In this document: positions 31,747-42,075 of the stretch, in pieces
Position numbering within the stretch: the stretch's first letter is position 1
How the letters are laid out: each line of letters opens with the position of its first letter
The notes under the pieces: model-generated
The model's database searches: none
The model's input: only the letters and a program-made list of their open reading frames with translations
Told to the model about the DNA's origin: nothing
Source: Candidatus Poribacteria bacterium
GTDB taxonomy: Bacteria; Poribacteria; WGA-4E; WGA-3G
Assembly: GCA_965198235.1 (NCBI GenBank)
Contig: OZ240248.1
Location: 3,328,001 to 3,392,000, forward strand
Direction of reading: 5' to 3'
DNA length: 64,000 bases
Translations under genes and position numbers: made by a program

Positions 31747-32502
31747 ATGAAATCCATAGGTATTGTAGTAGTCCTGTCTCTCCTGCCTTTCGTTGCCTTT
31801 GCAGGAACATTTCTGGAAACCTTTGATGACGGAGACTTGGAAGGATGGCAGGAATTGGTCCCACTGAATGAGGCAGCTGGTTCTTGGAACGCTATTAATG
31901 ACGAACTTCACGCCGTAAGTCATAAGGGGTTTCTGCGTCTACTCACAACGGGCGATGACACATGGGAAGATTACACCTTTGAGTTTGATGTCAAGCCACT
32001 GAAAAAACACGGTAAGGGTGCTATAGCAATTGCAGCACGGATTAAAGGAGGTGTGTTATTCTACTGTAGTTTTGCGGACCTAGTGATCTTCGGTAATGAC
32101 GATCCTCTCCTCGTATCATTTTTGAGTTGTATGAGGGGCGATTGGCACGATTTAGAATTTGCAGTCCTCTACTTTGAATCCTATCCGCTTTTAAGAGTGA
32201 ACAAGTGGTCGCATCTAAAGTTAAGCGTTAAAGGGAAACACTTCATTTTTTCGTTAAATGGTAAGAAAATTGCGGAAACCGGAGATGATTTTGCTCTGAT
32301 GCATAACGGTAAAAAAATTAAGACAAAGGCAGGTAAACTGACTCACTCTCTGACAGGCGGGGTCGGTATCGGTCTTACAAATTACACGGCACTCTTTGAT
32401 AACATTACTGTCACCGGCGATGGCATTCCGAACAGCGGTGGATTCGCCGTAACGCCTAGCGGAAAACTCGCGACGGTGTGGGGACAGTTGAAGAAGTTTT
32501 AG
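31747..32502 (+). CDS. secreted ConA/DUF1080-like protein with KLATxWG tail
   Basis: Signal peptide, ETFDDG, WEDYTFE, FDNITVTG, C-terminal AVTPSGKLATVWGQLK; GGAGG SD. Confidence 0.75.
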   Translation: MKSIGIVVVLSLLPFVAFAGTFLETFDDGDLEGWQELVPLNEAAGSWNAINDELHAVSHKGFLRLLTTGDDTWEDYTFEFDVKPLKKHGKGAIAIAARIKGGVLFYCSFADLVIFGNDDPLLVSFLSCMRGDWHDLEFAVLYFESYPLLRVNKWSHLKLSVKGKHFIFSLNGKKIAETGDDFALMHNGKKIKTKAGKLTHSLTGGVGIGLTNYTALFDNITVTGDGIPNSGGFAVTPSGKLATVWGQLKKF

Positions 32503-32643
32503 ACATAGGAATAAGAGGCTATCTTCTCCAATTTGATTTGGATTTATGTTGGCAGTCTTAATTTCAAAACTAAGGCTTTAGCAAACCAAACGAATTGGCT
32601 CTGAGGAATTTGTAAATACTTTATATTTTTTTCTAAAAAAAAC

Positions 32644-32672
32644 TTGACAATGTTTTTGAAATATGAGAAACT
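32644..32672 (+). promoter_or_regulatory. probable nuo promoter
   Basis: TTGACA-17-GAAACT with extended TG, AT-rich upstream. Confidence 0.5.
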
Positions 32673-32779
32673 ATTAAGCATATTAGAAAAATGTGTTTGT
32701 GAGTCGGCATTAACCTTTCACTTTGGCAAAGTTTGCGAGCCATTATTAAGATGTGTGAGGGCAAAATAGATTAGAAACA

Positions 32780-33148
32780 ATGTTAATAGATTATCTTCCA
32801 ATCTTGTTGTTAGGACTCTTTGCAGTCCTCTTTGCGGGTATTAATCTCGCCCTAACCCATATTCTTGGACCCAAACGCCCAACCCGCGCTAAACTCTCCG
32901 TTTACGAATCTGGTGTCCGCCCAGTCGGCGATGCGAGGCAACGGTTTACGATCCGGTTTGACCTCATCGCGATGCTCTTTATCATCTTCGATATTGAGGT
33001 GGTGTTCCTCTACCCGTGGGCAGTGGTCTTCAAGAAATTCTCTGAAACGAGTGGTTTATTTATTTTACTTGAAATGCTGGTGTTTATCGGTATTCTTCTT
33101 CTCGGCTATATCTATGCTTGGAAGAAAGGAGGCTTAACATGGGATTAG
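32780..33148 (+). CDS. nuoA: complex I subunit A
   Basis: [19 protein letters not shown]. Confidence 0.95.
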   Translation: MLIDYLPILLLGLFAVLFAGINLALTHILGPKRPTRAKLSVYESGVRPVGDARQRFTIRFDLIAMLFIIFDIEVVFLYPWAVVFKKFSETSGLFILLEMLVFIGILLLGYIYAWKKGGLTWD

Positions 33149-33648
33149 ATTTTGTTGGACAGGGTGCCGAAGAGACGGATGGGAACATCATCACAACGAC
33201 TATTGATAAGGTCGTCAACTGGGGACGGAAAAATTCGTTGTGGCCCATGCCGTTCGGGACAGCGTGCTGCGCAATTGAGATGATGGCGACCTTGGCGGCC
33301 AAATTCGACCTCTCTCGATTCGGTTCTGAAGCCATCCGTTTTTCACCCCGCCAATCCGATCTGCTCATCGTTTCCGGTAGGATTTCCATCAAAATGATGC
33401 CGGTACTAAAACGTATCTATGACCAAATGCCGGATCCGAAGTGGGTGATTTCGATGGGGGCATGCGCTTCCTGCGGCGGCGTGTTTGATACCTATACCCT
33501 CATCCAAGGCGTTGATCAGTTCATCCCCGTAGATGTTTACATACCCGGATGCCCGCCGCGCCCCGAAGATCTCATTGATGCGGTGCTACAGGTGCAGCAG
33601 AAAATCACCAGTGGTGCCTCACCTAAAGGAGTAGAGGCAGTTGTATGA
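33139..33648 (+). CDS. nuoB: complex I subunit B
   Basis: [27 protein letters not shown]. Confidence 0.97.
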   Translation: MGLDFVGQGAEETDGNIITTTIDKVVNWGRKNSLWPMPFGTACCAIEMMATLAAKFDLSRFGSEAIRFSPRQSDLLIVSGRISIKMMPVLKRIYDQMPDPKWVISMGACASCGGVFDTYTLIQGVDQFIPVDVYIPGCPPRPEDLIDAVLQVQQKITSGASPKGVEAVV

Positions 33649-34193
33649 ATGAAGAGAAAGAAGTTGAAGAACAGTCGAGACCTCTTGTCCTTGAAAAATT
33701 AGAGGAGCATCACGCAGATGCCCTATTGGCACAGGGCGAAACGCGTGGAACTGTCGTTGTTGTTGTCCGTAAAGACCAAGTTTACGCTGTTTTGGAGTAT
33801 CTGAAAACAGACCCTGAACTCGCCTATACCTTTCTCGTTGATGTTACTGCTGTCGACAATTCTCGAATGGAATCCGAATTGATGCAGTTTGATTATGCGA
33901 GGTTCATGGTTGTCTATCAGCTCTATTCCTATCAGGGACAGTGTCGCGTCCGAGTGAGGGTCCCTGTCCATGAAAATGACCTGAGTATTCCATCTGTTAC
34001 CGCATTGTGGAAAGGTGCGAACTGGTTAGAGCGTGAAACATACGACATGTTCGGAATTAATTTTGAGGGACACCCCGATCTTAGCCGGATCTTGATGCCG
34101 GACGATTTTGAAGGACACCCGCTCCGAAAGGATTATCCGCTCCGCGGACGTGGCGAACGCGAAACCTTTAATTTTGATAAACAGAATGCCTAA
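33645..34193 (+). CDS. nuoC: complex I subunit C
   Basis: [23 protein letters not shown]. Confidence 0.96.
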   Translation: MNEEKEVEEQSRPLVLEKLEEHHADALLAQGETRGTVVVVVRKDQVYAVLEYLKTDPELAYTFLVDVTAVDNSRMESELMQFDYARFMVVYQLYSYQGQCRVRVRVPVHENDLSIPSVTALWKGANWLERETYDMFGINFEGHPDLSRILMPDDFEGHPLRKDYPLRGRGERETFNFDKQNA

Positions 34194-34200
34194 AACAAAA

Positions 34201-34317
34201 TAGCGATCAGCGATCAGCGATCAGCAGTCAGTAGAAGAGGTTATCGTTTAACGAAGGTCTCTTTGCTGATTGCTGAAAGGATTTTTTTCAAAAAATCCGA
34301 CCTGACTGCTGACTGCT
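34201..34317. repeat. heptamer-arm palindromic element (family C)
   Basis: (AGCGATC)3-AGCAGTCAG ... CTGACTGCTGACTGCT with internal hairpins. Confidence 0.8.
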
Positions 34318-34336
34318 CATAAAAAAGGAGTATTCT

Positions 34337-35533
34337 ATGCAAGGTGGGCTGGAACGCGCCACAGGTGAGAGGATGGTTCTCAGCTTCGGTCCGCAACATC
34401 CGGCAACGCACGGCACCCTTCGCATTGTGTTAGAACTTGATGGCGAATCCGTTTTGAAGGCGATACCACATGCCGGCTACCTGCATACCGGGTTTGAGAA
34501 ACTTGGTGAACACTTGGATTACAACCAGTACATTGTTGTAACCGACCGGATGAACTATCTGTCGCCGTTGTCTAACAATTTCGGATATGTGCTTGCTGTT
34601 GAGCAGTTGCTCGACATTGAAGTCCCGAAACGGTGTCAATACATCCGTATTTTGATGGCGGAGCTCTCACGAGTCGCAGATCATCTATTATGGTTGGGAA
34701 CTGCTGCCCTGGACTTAGGGGCATTCTCTGTATTCCTCTATAGTTTCCGTGAACGTGAGAAATTGTATAGCATCTTTGAAAAGACGACTGGAGCACGGTT
34801 GACGACCAGTTACACGCGCGTTGGCGGTGTGCTTCGCGATCTCTATGCTGGGTGTGAAGAAGATGTCCGGCAATTCGTCAGCAACTTCCCAAAAGCGTTG
34901 AAAGAGACCCATACGCTGCTCACACGGAACCGTATCTGGATGGATCGGACAAAAGGTGTCGGACCCATTTCACCTGATGATGCCATCAGTTACGGGTTAA
35001 CAGGTCCCTGTCTCCGAGCCACCGGTGTAGCGCATGACATACGCAAAGTTGAACCGTATTCCAGTTACGATGAGGTCACATTTGATGTGCCAGTTGGAAC
35101 CAATGGCGATGCCTACGACCGCTATCTCGTCCGGATGGAAGAGATGATTCAGAGTTGTGGTATCGTTACCCAAGCCTTGGATAATATGCCTGATGGACCG
35201 GTCAACATTGAGGATAACAAGATTACGATGCCGAATAAGTCCGATGCTTATGGACATATTGAGGGCTTAATCCACCATTTTAAGGTTGTTATGGACGGAC
35301 ACGGCGTGGAGACTCCAAAGGGTGAGCATTATTGTGCAACCGAATCACCGAACGGGGAACTCGGATTTTATATTGTCAGTGATGGCAGCGGAACCGCTTA
35401 TCGTATCCGCATCCGTCCACCGAGTTTTTTTCACTTCCAAGCACTTCCACACATGTTAGAGGGCGGAATGGTTTCCGATACTGTGGCTGTCTTGGGAAGT
35501 CTGAATGTTATTGCCGGGGAGTTGGATCGTTAA
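34337..35533 (+). CDS. nuoD: complex I subunit D
   Basis: GPQHPATHG, DRMNY, GELDR. Confidence 0.97.
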   Translation: MQGGLERATGERMVLSFGPQHPATHGTLRIVLELDGESVLKAIPHAGYLHTGFEKLGEHLDYNQYIVVTDRMNYLSPLSNNFGYVLAVEQLLDIEVPKRCQYIRILMAELSRVADHLLWLGTAALDLGAFSVFLYSFREREKLYSIFEKTTGARLTTSYTRVGGVLRDLYAGCEEDVRQFVSNFPKALKETHTLLTRNRIWMDRTKGVGPISPDDAISYGLTGPCLRATGVAHDIRKVEPYSSYDEVTFDVPVGTNGDAYDRYLVRMEEMIQSCGIVTQALDNMPDGPVNIEDNKITMPNKSDAYGHIEGLIHHFKVVMDGHGVETPKGEHYCATESPNGELGFYIVSDGSGTAYRIRIRPPSFFHFQALPHMLEGGMVSDTVAVLGSLNVIAGELDR

Positions 35534-35565
35534 GCGGGTCATTGCACTCCTATTTGAGGGATTAA

Positions 35566-35907
35566 ATGGAGTTGGGCGGCATTATACTTTTTGTCAAGAA
35601 CATGAAATCTGTAATCGCGTTTTACAGAGATGTTGTCGGATTGTTTCCTGACAAAGATCAACCGTTCTCGGAACACCGTTTTTTTCGCTTTAACACAGGG
35701 GCTTGCAAGTTGTGCCTCCATAGCGCGAGCAAACCGAACGAGGGAAGGCAAAAAATTGTCTTTCATGTTGAAAGCGTCAGTGCCGTTCATCAGAAACTGA
35801 GGTCCAAAGGGTTGCGATTACGGAAACTTGAGAACGACGATGGGCTTGCCTGTTTCGGTATTTCCGACCCCGAAGGCAACCGTATTCAGTTTTGGGGCAA
35901 TTATTAG
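35566..35907 (+). CDS. VOC/glyoxalase family protein
   Basis: FYRDVVGL, FHVESV, DPEGNRIQ. Confidence 0.85.
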   Translation: MELGGIILFVKNMKSVIAFYRDVVGLFPDKDQPFSEHRFFRFNTGACKLCLHSASKPNEGRQKIVFHVESVSAVHQKLRSKGLRLRKLENDDGLACFGISDPEGNRIQFWGNY

Positions 35908-35931
35908 GACACACTTTCAAGAAACAGAGAA

Positions 35932-36030
35932 ATAGTTATCAGTGCCGTGGCATGCAAGACGCTTTGGCAGTCCACACGCCTTAACTGACTGTTCTCACTG
36001 CGAAACAAACTGATGGTTTCCGATAACTAT
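35932..36030. repeat. family-C-like palindromic element
   Basis: ATAGTTATCAG...CCGATAACTAT terminal IR, AACTGA units. Confidence 0.55.
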
Positions 36031-36045
36031 TCCAAGGAAACACTT

Positions 36046-36570
36046 ATGTCAGATGAACTCATTCAAATTGAAACGTCTTTCGCGTTTAATGAAGAAAACC
36101 AACGTGAATTCGACGGGTTGATAGGGCGGTATCCAATTAAGGAAGCGGCGATGCTTCCGACGCTCCATCTCGCGCAAAGGCAGGCAGGCTACATTACCCC
36201 TGCCGTCATGAAGTATGTCGCAGAACAACTTGAGGTTTCTGTGATGAAGGTCAAGGATGTCGTTACTTTTTATCCGATGTTCTTTGAAGAGCCGGTAGGA
36301 GAGTACGTCATTCGGGTATGCCACACCCTTCCTTGTGCATTGCGAGACTGTCAGGACGTTTTGGACCACCTTAAGGCGAAGTTGGACACAGATGTCGCTT
36401 CCGAAACCAATCTCGCGAAAGGCACAACTGCTGATGGTAAGTTCACGCTCATGAAAGTGGAATGTCTCGCCTCGTGTGATGTTGCTCCTGTTATCATGGT
36501 GAATGACGATTTGTATAAGAATTTGACCCCGGAAAAGGTTGATGAACTTTTAGCGAAACTTGAAGCATAA
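36046..36570 (+). CDS. nuoE: complex I subunit E
   Basis: VCHTLPC, ECLASC 2Fe-2S ligands; start trimmed. Confidence 0.95.
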   Translation: MSDELIQIETSFAFNEENQREFDGLIGRYPIKEAAMLPTLHLAQRQAGYITPAVMKYVAEQLEVSVMKVKDVVTFYPMFFEEPVGEYVIRVCHTLPCALRDCQDVLDHLKAKLDTDVASETNLAKGTTADGKFTLMKVECLASCDVAPVIMVNDDLYKNLTPEKVDELLAKLEA

Positions 36571-36604
36571 GCAGATTCTGTTATTAGCACACAGTCGTTG
36601 ACTA

Positions 36605-36720
36605 TCAACTCGTGCCTTTATATGATGCAGACCTCTAATTGATGACCAATTTGCTTTACATTTGTTGTCCAAATTCATCGAAAACCCGATTTTGACAACG
36701 GAAAAATCGGAGCGAAAACC
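36605..36720. repeat. GACAACGGA-loop element
   Basis: CCGATTTT-GACAACGGA-AAAATCGG at 36686-36710; modules shared with 62557-62640. Confidence 0.75.
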
Positions 36721-36723
36721 CGC

Positions 36724-38208
36724 ATGATTAAAAAAATTGAAGAAAGACGAATTCTCTACGAGCATCTGGATGTGCCTGATATTAACACGTTCGATGTCTT
36801 TCGGCAATACGACGGCTACACGCATTTTGAAAAGGCAATTGCGGAATATCAGCCAGAAGATATTGCTAAAATGGTGATGGATTCCGGGTTGAAGGGTAGA
36901 GGCGGTGCCGGATTTTCGACAGGCTTGAAATGGAGTTTCGTTCCAAGAGATATAAAACCGTGTTATCTCTGTTGCAACGCCGACGAAAGTGAGCCGGGGA
37001 CATTCAGTAACCGCTACGTTTTGGAAAAGAATCCACACCTATTGATTGAGGGTATCCTGATTTGCTGCTATGCAATGGGTATTGAGACCACTTATATCTA
37101 CATTCGCGGTGAATTCACACTTGGGAAAAAGATGTTGGATGCCGCTATCAAGGAAGCATACGAAAAAGGATACCTCGGTAAAGACATCCGTGGCACTGGA
37201 CTCAATATTGACATCTATTCGCACCCAGGAGCCGGTGCCTATATCTGTGGCGAGGAGACAGGACTCATTGAGTCGCTTGAGGGCAAACGCGGGCAACCTC
37301 GGAACAGACCCCCGTTCCCTGCTGTCGAAGGTGTGTTTGGAAAGCCAACGGTCGTACAGAATGTTGAGACATTGTGTAACCTGCCTTTCATCGTTGGGAA
37401 CGGTGTTGAATGGTACACCCAAATGGGACCGACGTATGCCGATACGCGATCTGATCCGCCGACACCCGATCCTAACACAGGCACGAAGCTTTATTGCATC
37501 AGTGGTGATGTTAACGAACCCGGTGTTTATGAACTTGATCTCGGCTTGACATGCGCAGAGCTTATTGAGGTCGCAGGTGGACTGCGCGGCGAAGAGGTGA
37601 AAGCGGTTATTCCTGGTGGTAGTTCCGCACCGATTTTAACGCACTATGAATTGGACACGCGGCTCGATTTTACCTCACTCACGCTCGCAAAATCGATGCT
37701 CGGTTCCGGCGGCATCATTGTCATGAACGAGACACGGAATATCGTCGATTGCCTGCTCAATATTATGAAGTTCTACGCGCATGAATCTTGTGGGCAGTGT
37801 ACGCCGTGCCGCTGGGGGACCCCATGGGTACGAGATATTGTCCAACGCATTGCCGACGGAAACGGACGAAAAAGTACTATGACACGCCCCAAATTCGGGG
37901 TCGCTGAAAATGGTAGATGGGGCGATACCGGTGAGACAGAAGATATTTACGAAGACTTAGATTTGCTGGAAAGTGTCGCCAACAACATTGCGAATGTGGA
38001 TACGATGACGTGGAATACGATTTGTGTCTTTGGCATCGCAGTTTCCTGGCCCGCCGTGAGTTATATGCGCAAGTTCCGTCCCGAATTTGAAGCCGCCATC
38101 CGAGAAGGTGAACTCGTCACTCTGCCTGTTGCCGAGGCAACGGTCCCACCGGAGGAAAATTACGCGTATCAACAGCGATTTGTTCCGAAAGAGTTCGCTG
38201 ACCTGTAG
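36724..38208 (+). CDS. nuoF: complex I subunit F
   Basis: GRGGAGF, ADESEPG, GAYICGEET, ESCGQCTPC. Confidence 0.96.
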   Translation: MIKKIEERRILYEHLDVPDINTFDVFRQYDGYTHFEKAIAEYQPEDIAKMVMDSGLKGRGGAGFSTGLKWSFVPRDIKPCYLCCNADESEPGTFSNRYVLEKNPHLLIEGILICCYAMGIETTYIYIRGEFTLGKKMLDAAIKEAYEKGYLGKDIRGTGLNIDIYSHPGAGAYICGEETGLIESLEGKRGQPRNRPPFPAVEGVFGKPTVVQNVETLCNLPFIVGNGVEWYTQMGPTYADTRSDPPTPDPNTGTKLYCISGDVNEPGVYELDLGLTCAELIEVAGGLRGEEVKAVIPGGSSAPILTHYELDTRLDFTSLTLAKSMLGSGGIIVMNETRNIVDCLLNIMKFYAHESCGQCTPCRWGTPWVRDIVQRIADGNGRKSTMTRPKFGVAENGRWGDTGETEDIYEDLDLLESVANNIANVDTMTWNTICVFGIAVSWPAVSYMRKFRPEFEAAIREGELVTLPVAEATVPPEENYAYQQRFVPKEFADL

Positions 38209-38269
38209 GATCGACTTCTCGGTTGAATATACGGAACACTGAAGGCTGAAAGCCATTGGAGTAGAATTT

Positions 38270-39982
38270 ATGGCATTTGTTAAACTGGATGACCTTGAGA
38301 TAGAGGTTGAAGATGGAACGAATGTAGTCGAGGCAGCAAGGCAGCATGGCATTGAAGTGCCTCACTATTGTTATCACCCAGGGTTGAGCCGTCCAGCAAA
38401 TTGCAGGATGTGCCTCGTTGAACCTCACGTTTTCTTTCCACCCGCTGGTGCAATCGTCCCTGATCGACAACTCGCAACCGGGTGCACCACGGTGCTTAGA
38501 ACAGCACCGCCCAATAGGAAACTTGATGGGAAATACGACTTTATTGTCCGTACAGATAGCCCACGCGTGAAAAAGGCACGAGCGGATATACTTGAATTTC
38601 TCCTTGTACATCATCCCCTTGACTGTCCAGTCTGTGATCAGGCAGGCGAGTGCGACTTGCAAGACTACTCGCATCGACACGGATACGATCAGAGTCGCTA
38701 TCTTGAGGTCAAAAATGTCCCACCTAAGAAAGACTTAGGACCCGATGTGCTGCTCTACGCAACGCGCTGTGTTGTCTGCACCCGGTGTATTCGGTTTGCT
38801 GAAGAAGTTTCTGGAACAGGTGAGTTAGGCTTAGTTCACCGCGGCTCCTACGACGAAATTGATATTCCCCGAAGCCACGAAGGTGTCCCTTTGCAAGTAC
38901 TGGATAATAAATTGGCAGGAAATGTCGTTGATATTTGTCCCGTTGGGGCATTGATTAGTAAGGACTTCTTGTTCAAGTCTCGTCCGTGGTTTTTGGAGAA
39001 AGCGAACAGCGTCTGTTCAGGATGTAGTGTCGGTTGCAATATCACCGTAGAATATAAAGCCGATGGCGTGTACAGACTCAAGCCGCGCTTCCACGAGGAC
39101 ATTAACCAACATTGGATGTGTGACGATGGTCGCCTCGGTTACCACTATGTCAACAGCGATGATCGGCTCCAACTCCCGCTTAAACGGGTTGATGATGAAC
39201 TCACTCCAACGCATTGGGCAGATGCCTTAGCGGTAATTACAGAAAAATTGTCGGAAATAGAAACTGAAGGCATTGTTGTTATCGGCTCTGCGCAGGGAAC
39301 GAATGAAGACAACTACGTTTTACAGCAGTTCGCGCATGATGTGCTGAAAACAACCCAGTTGGGGCTCTTTGGGCAGCTGCTTGGTGAAGAACACAAATTC
39401 CCACAGTTTACAATTGAAGCCGACAAGAATCCAAACACGGCGGGTGCACGCACGATACTCGGTTCTGCGAATGGCAACATCGTTTTGGAAGGTGATGCGC
39501 TTTGGGAAAAGGTATCGGGTACAAAAGTCGTTTACCTCGTGAGTGGTGGACCGGAACGTCCTCTTGAAGATGCTGAAAAAGCGGCGTTGGAGAGTGTTGA
39601 TTTCCTTATCGTGCAAGACGTTTTGCCTTCAGAAGTAACGCAGTTAGCAGATGTGGTTCTACCGGGAACAACCTTTGCCGAGAAAGATGGCACCTTCACT
39701 AATTCAACAGGTTGGGTGCAACGGGTTCGTAAGACGATTGATCCGCCGGGTGAAGCGCGTGTAGATTGGGAAATTACGCAGCAGCTTGCCAAGCAGTTAG
39801 GCGGTGAGATGAACTATCATTTTGCTGGTGAGATTGCCCTTGCAATTGCAGAGAATGTTCTTGGGTATGGTGATGCAACGCATCAAAAAATTGGGGATAC
39901 GGGAATTAAGTTAGCAGGCAGCGCAGACTCGCCCACGCCTACTGATACAAAGCTTTTGAAGCGCGTGGGAGAGTCTGAGTAA
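38270..39982 (+). CDS. nuoG: complex I subunit G (short form)
   Basis: PHYCYHP, CRMC, HPLDCPVCDQAGEC, CVVCTRC, CSGCSVGC. Confidence 0.93.
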   Translation: MAFVKLDDLEIEVEDGTNVVEAARQHGIEVPHYCYHPGLSRPANCRMCLVEPHVFFPPAGAIVPDRQLATGCTTVLRTAPPNRKLDGKYDFIVRTDSPRVKKARADILEFLLVHHPLDCPVCDQAGECDLQDYSHRHGYDQSRYLEVKNVPPKKDLGPDVLLYATRCVVCTRCIRFAEEVSGTGELGLVHRGSYDEIDIPRSHEGVPLQVLDNKLAGNVVDICPVGALISKDFLFKSRPWFLEKANSVCSGCSVGCNITVEYKADGVYRLKPRFHEDINQHWMCDDGRLGYHYVNSDDRLQLPLKRVDDELTPTHWADALAVITEKLSEIETEGIVVIGSAQGTNEDNYVLQQFAHDVLKTTQLGLFGQLLGEEHKFPQFTIEADKNPNTAGARTILGSANGNIVLEGDALWEKVSGTKVVYLVSGGPERPLEDAEKAALESVDFLIVQDVLPSEVTQLADVVLPGTTFAEKDGTFTNSTGWVQRVRKTIDPPGEARVDWEITQQLAKQLGGEMNYHFAGEIALAIAENVLGYGDATHQKIGDTGIKLAGSADSPTPTDTKLLKRVGESE

Positions 39983-40146
39983 AGAGGTTGTCTTGCTGAT
40001 TGCTGACCCTTGATGGCTGTTGAAAGAGATCGTAAGCGCAACCGGGGTCCCCGCCCGTTACTGGGAAGGGGCGGGCGCACTGGATAGACGGGGAGCAACG
40101 TTATTATTCCGACTCCCCTCACCGAACCGCAAGGAAAATTAAAAAT
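39982..40146 (+). repeat. family-C remnant plus family-B element
   Basis: GCTGATTGCTGA then CGTAAGCGC...CCGAACCGCAAGGAAAATTAAAAAT-ATG. Confidence 0.75.
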
Positions 40147-41334
40147 ATGGAAAATTTCCCTCTCGTTTTAATCATCAGTTCAATCGTCAAGATTCTCATC
40201 ATTGTCCATCTGCTGCTTATTGGTGTGATGATAATGATCTGGGCAGAACGACGGGTGAGCGGATGGATGCAGGATCGGTTGGGACCTAACCGGGTTGGAC
40301 CACAAGGACTGCTCCAACCTGTTGCAGATGGGCTTAAGTTCCTGTTTAAAGAGGATCTCATCCCGGATCACGTAGATAAGCCGCTTTATGTGCTTGCGCC
40401 AGCAATGCTGTTAGTCCCGGCACTTGTTACGGTTGCAGTCGTGCCATTTGGGAGTTCTATTACGGTATTTGGGCATGAAATACCGCTCCAGATTGCAGAT
40501 ATCAATATCGGTATTCTGTATGTTTTGGCGATAACATCCCTCGGAGTCTACGGGGTTGTGCTCGGCGCATGGGCATCCAATAACAAGTACTCACTTTTGG
40601 GTGGTTTACGTTCATCTGCGCAGATGATTAGTTACGAGCTAACACTCGGATTGGCAATCATCGGTGTGCTGATGCTAACGAGTTCTCTCAGCCTTCGTGA
40701 GATCGCAAAGGTACAAGGCGGATATCCGTGGCAGTGGAATTTCCTGATTCACTTCCCCGCATTTCTGGCGTTTACAACAGCAATGTTTGCAGAAACCAAC
40801 CGATTGCCCTTTGACCTCGCTGAAGCGGAGCAGGAACTTGTTGCAGGGTATCATACCGAATACAGTAGTATGAAGTTCGCGATGTTTTTCATGGCAGAAT
40901 ACATGAACATGATTGTCGGCTCTGCCGTAACAGTGACGCTCTTCTTAGGAGGATGGCATTTCTTCGGTTTAGAAAATGTCGGTGGTCCCGTCTGGAGTGG
41001 GCTTATCTCGTTCGGTATCTTTTTTGTCAAAACAGCAATTTTCCTGTTCGTGTTTATCTGGGTTCGATGGACATTTCCTCGGTTCCGTTATGACCAACTC
41101 ATGAACTTAGGTTGGAAATTCCTATTGCCTGTCGCCTTGACTTCAATCGTCGTGACCGGCACTCTATGGATAACGACCAGCTCTCGCCTGATCGTGGGTA
41201 TCGGCAATGTGGTTTCCGCGTTTATTGTTGTATCTATTGTGGCTGGACTCCTTGTGATGAAGACACCTAAGCCAGCAATCCAGGATAGCGATATGCTTCG
41301 CAGTGAGAACTCACACCAACCGTTTTTTAAATAA
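40147..41334 (+). CDS. nuoH: complex I subunit H
   Basis: GPNRVG, ETNRLPFDLAEAEQELVAGYHTEYS, PRFRYDQL. Confidence 0.97.
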   Translation: MENFPLVLIISSIVKILIIVHLLLIGVMIMIWAERRVSGWMQDRLGPNRVGPQGLLQPVADGLKFLFKEDLIPDHVDKPLYVLAPAMLLVPALVTVAVVPFGSSITVFGHEIPLQIADINIGILYVLAITSLGVYGVVLGAWASNNKYSLLGGLRSSAQMISYELTLGLAIIGVLMLTSSLSLREIAKVQGGYPWQWNFLIHFPAFLAFTTAMFAETNRLPFDLAEAEQELVAGYHTEYSSMKFAMFFMAEYMNMIVGSAVTVTLFLGGWHFFGLENVGGPVWSGLISFGIFFVKTAIFLFVFIWVRWTFPRFRYDQLMNLGWKFLLPVALTSIVVTGTLWITTSSRLIVGIGNVVSAFIVVSIVAGLLVMKTPKPAIQDSDMLRSENSHQPFFK

Positions 41335-41546
41335 TTGGACTCCTAGGCCGCCCTCCATTACATTTCGGGCAAGTTTCAGGTCAATTTCAACGGAGTTGGA
41401 GACAAGTAAGATTCTTAAACATTTCATAACCCAGGAGGAGTTAGAATTCACCGGAAACCACCGCGTAATGAAATTATGCCTTAAATGGCATAATTTGTCT
41501 TTGCTTTACATTTGGAGCGGTGCTCAGGTTGCTAATCGTTAAAAAA
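41323..41546. repeat. family-A element with cargo
   Basis: Hairpins 41350-41370(-) and 41459-41522(+); TTTTTTAA/TTAAAAAA ends. Confidence 0.85.
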
Positions 41547-42074
41547 ATGAATGCAGAACAGATTCTATTTATTCTCTTTGGAGCGGTCTCGCTGATTGGC
41601 GCGATTGCTGTAATTTCGTTTCGACATCCGATTTATAGCGCGCTTTCGCTTATTGTAACGTTTTTCGCACAAGCAGGGCTTTTTGTCCTGCTGGGCGCAC
41701 ATTTCGTTGCGGCTGTTCAAGTAATTGTCTATGCCGGCGCGATTATGGTCCTGTTCCTCTTTGTGATTATGCTCCTGAACTTGGGTACACTCTCGGCGAA
41801 AGGGGCTATTGGGGGGAAACTGAAGGGATTCGCTATAATCTTAGGCATTCTCTTTGCCGCCGAAGGCATCTATATCGCAGTGAATGCGCTCAACGACACC
41901 GCAGTGGCATCGGCAGAATCCACGGCGGCAGCGGTAACGACAACCACTTATGACATTGGCGAACTCTTGTTCAGCAAGTACCTCTTACCGTTTGAGGTTA
42001 CTTCGCTTATTTTGTTGGCGGCATTGATTGGCGTTATCGTCTTGGTAAAACGCGAAGGTCAAGAAGAAAACTAA
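41547..42074 (+). CDS. nuoJ: complex I subunit J
   Basis: QVIVYAGAIMVLFLFVIMLL, PFEVTS. Confidence 0.96.
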   Translation: MNAEQILFILFGAVSLIGAIAVISFRHPIYSALSLIVTFFAQAGLFVLLGAHFVAAVQVIVYAGAIMVLFLFVIMLLNLGTLSAKGAIGGKLKGFAIILGILFAAEGIYIAVNALNDTAVASAESTAAAVTTTTYDIGELLFSKYLLPFEVTSLILLAALIGVIVLVKREGQEEN

Positions 42075-42075
42075 A

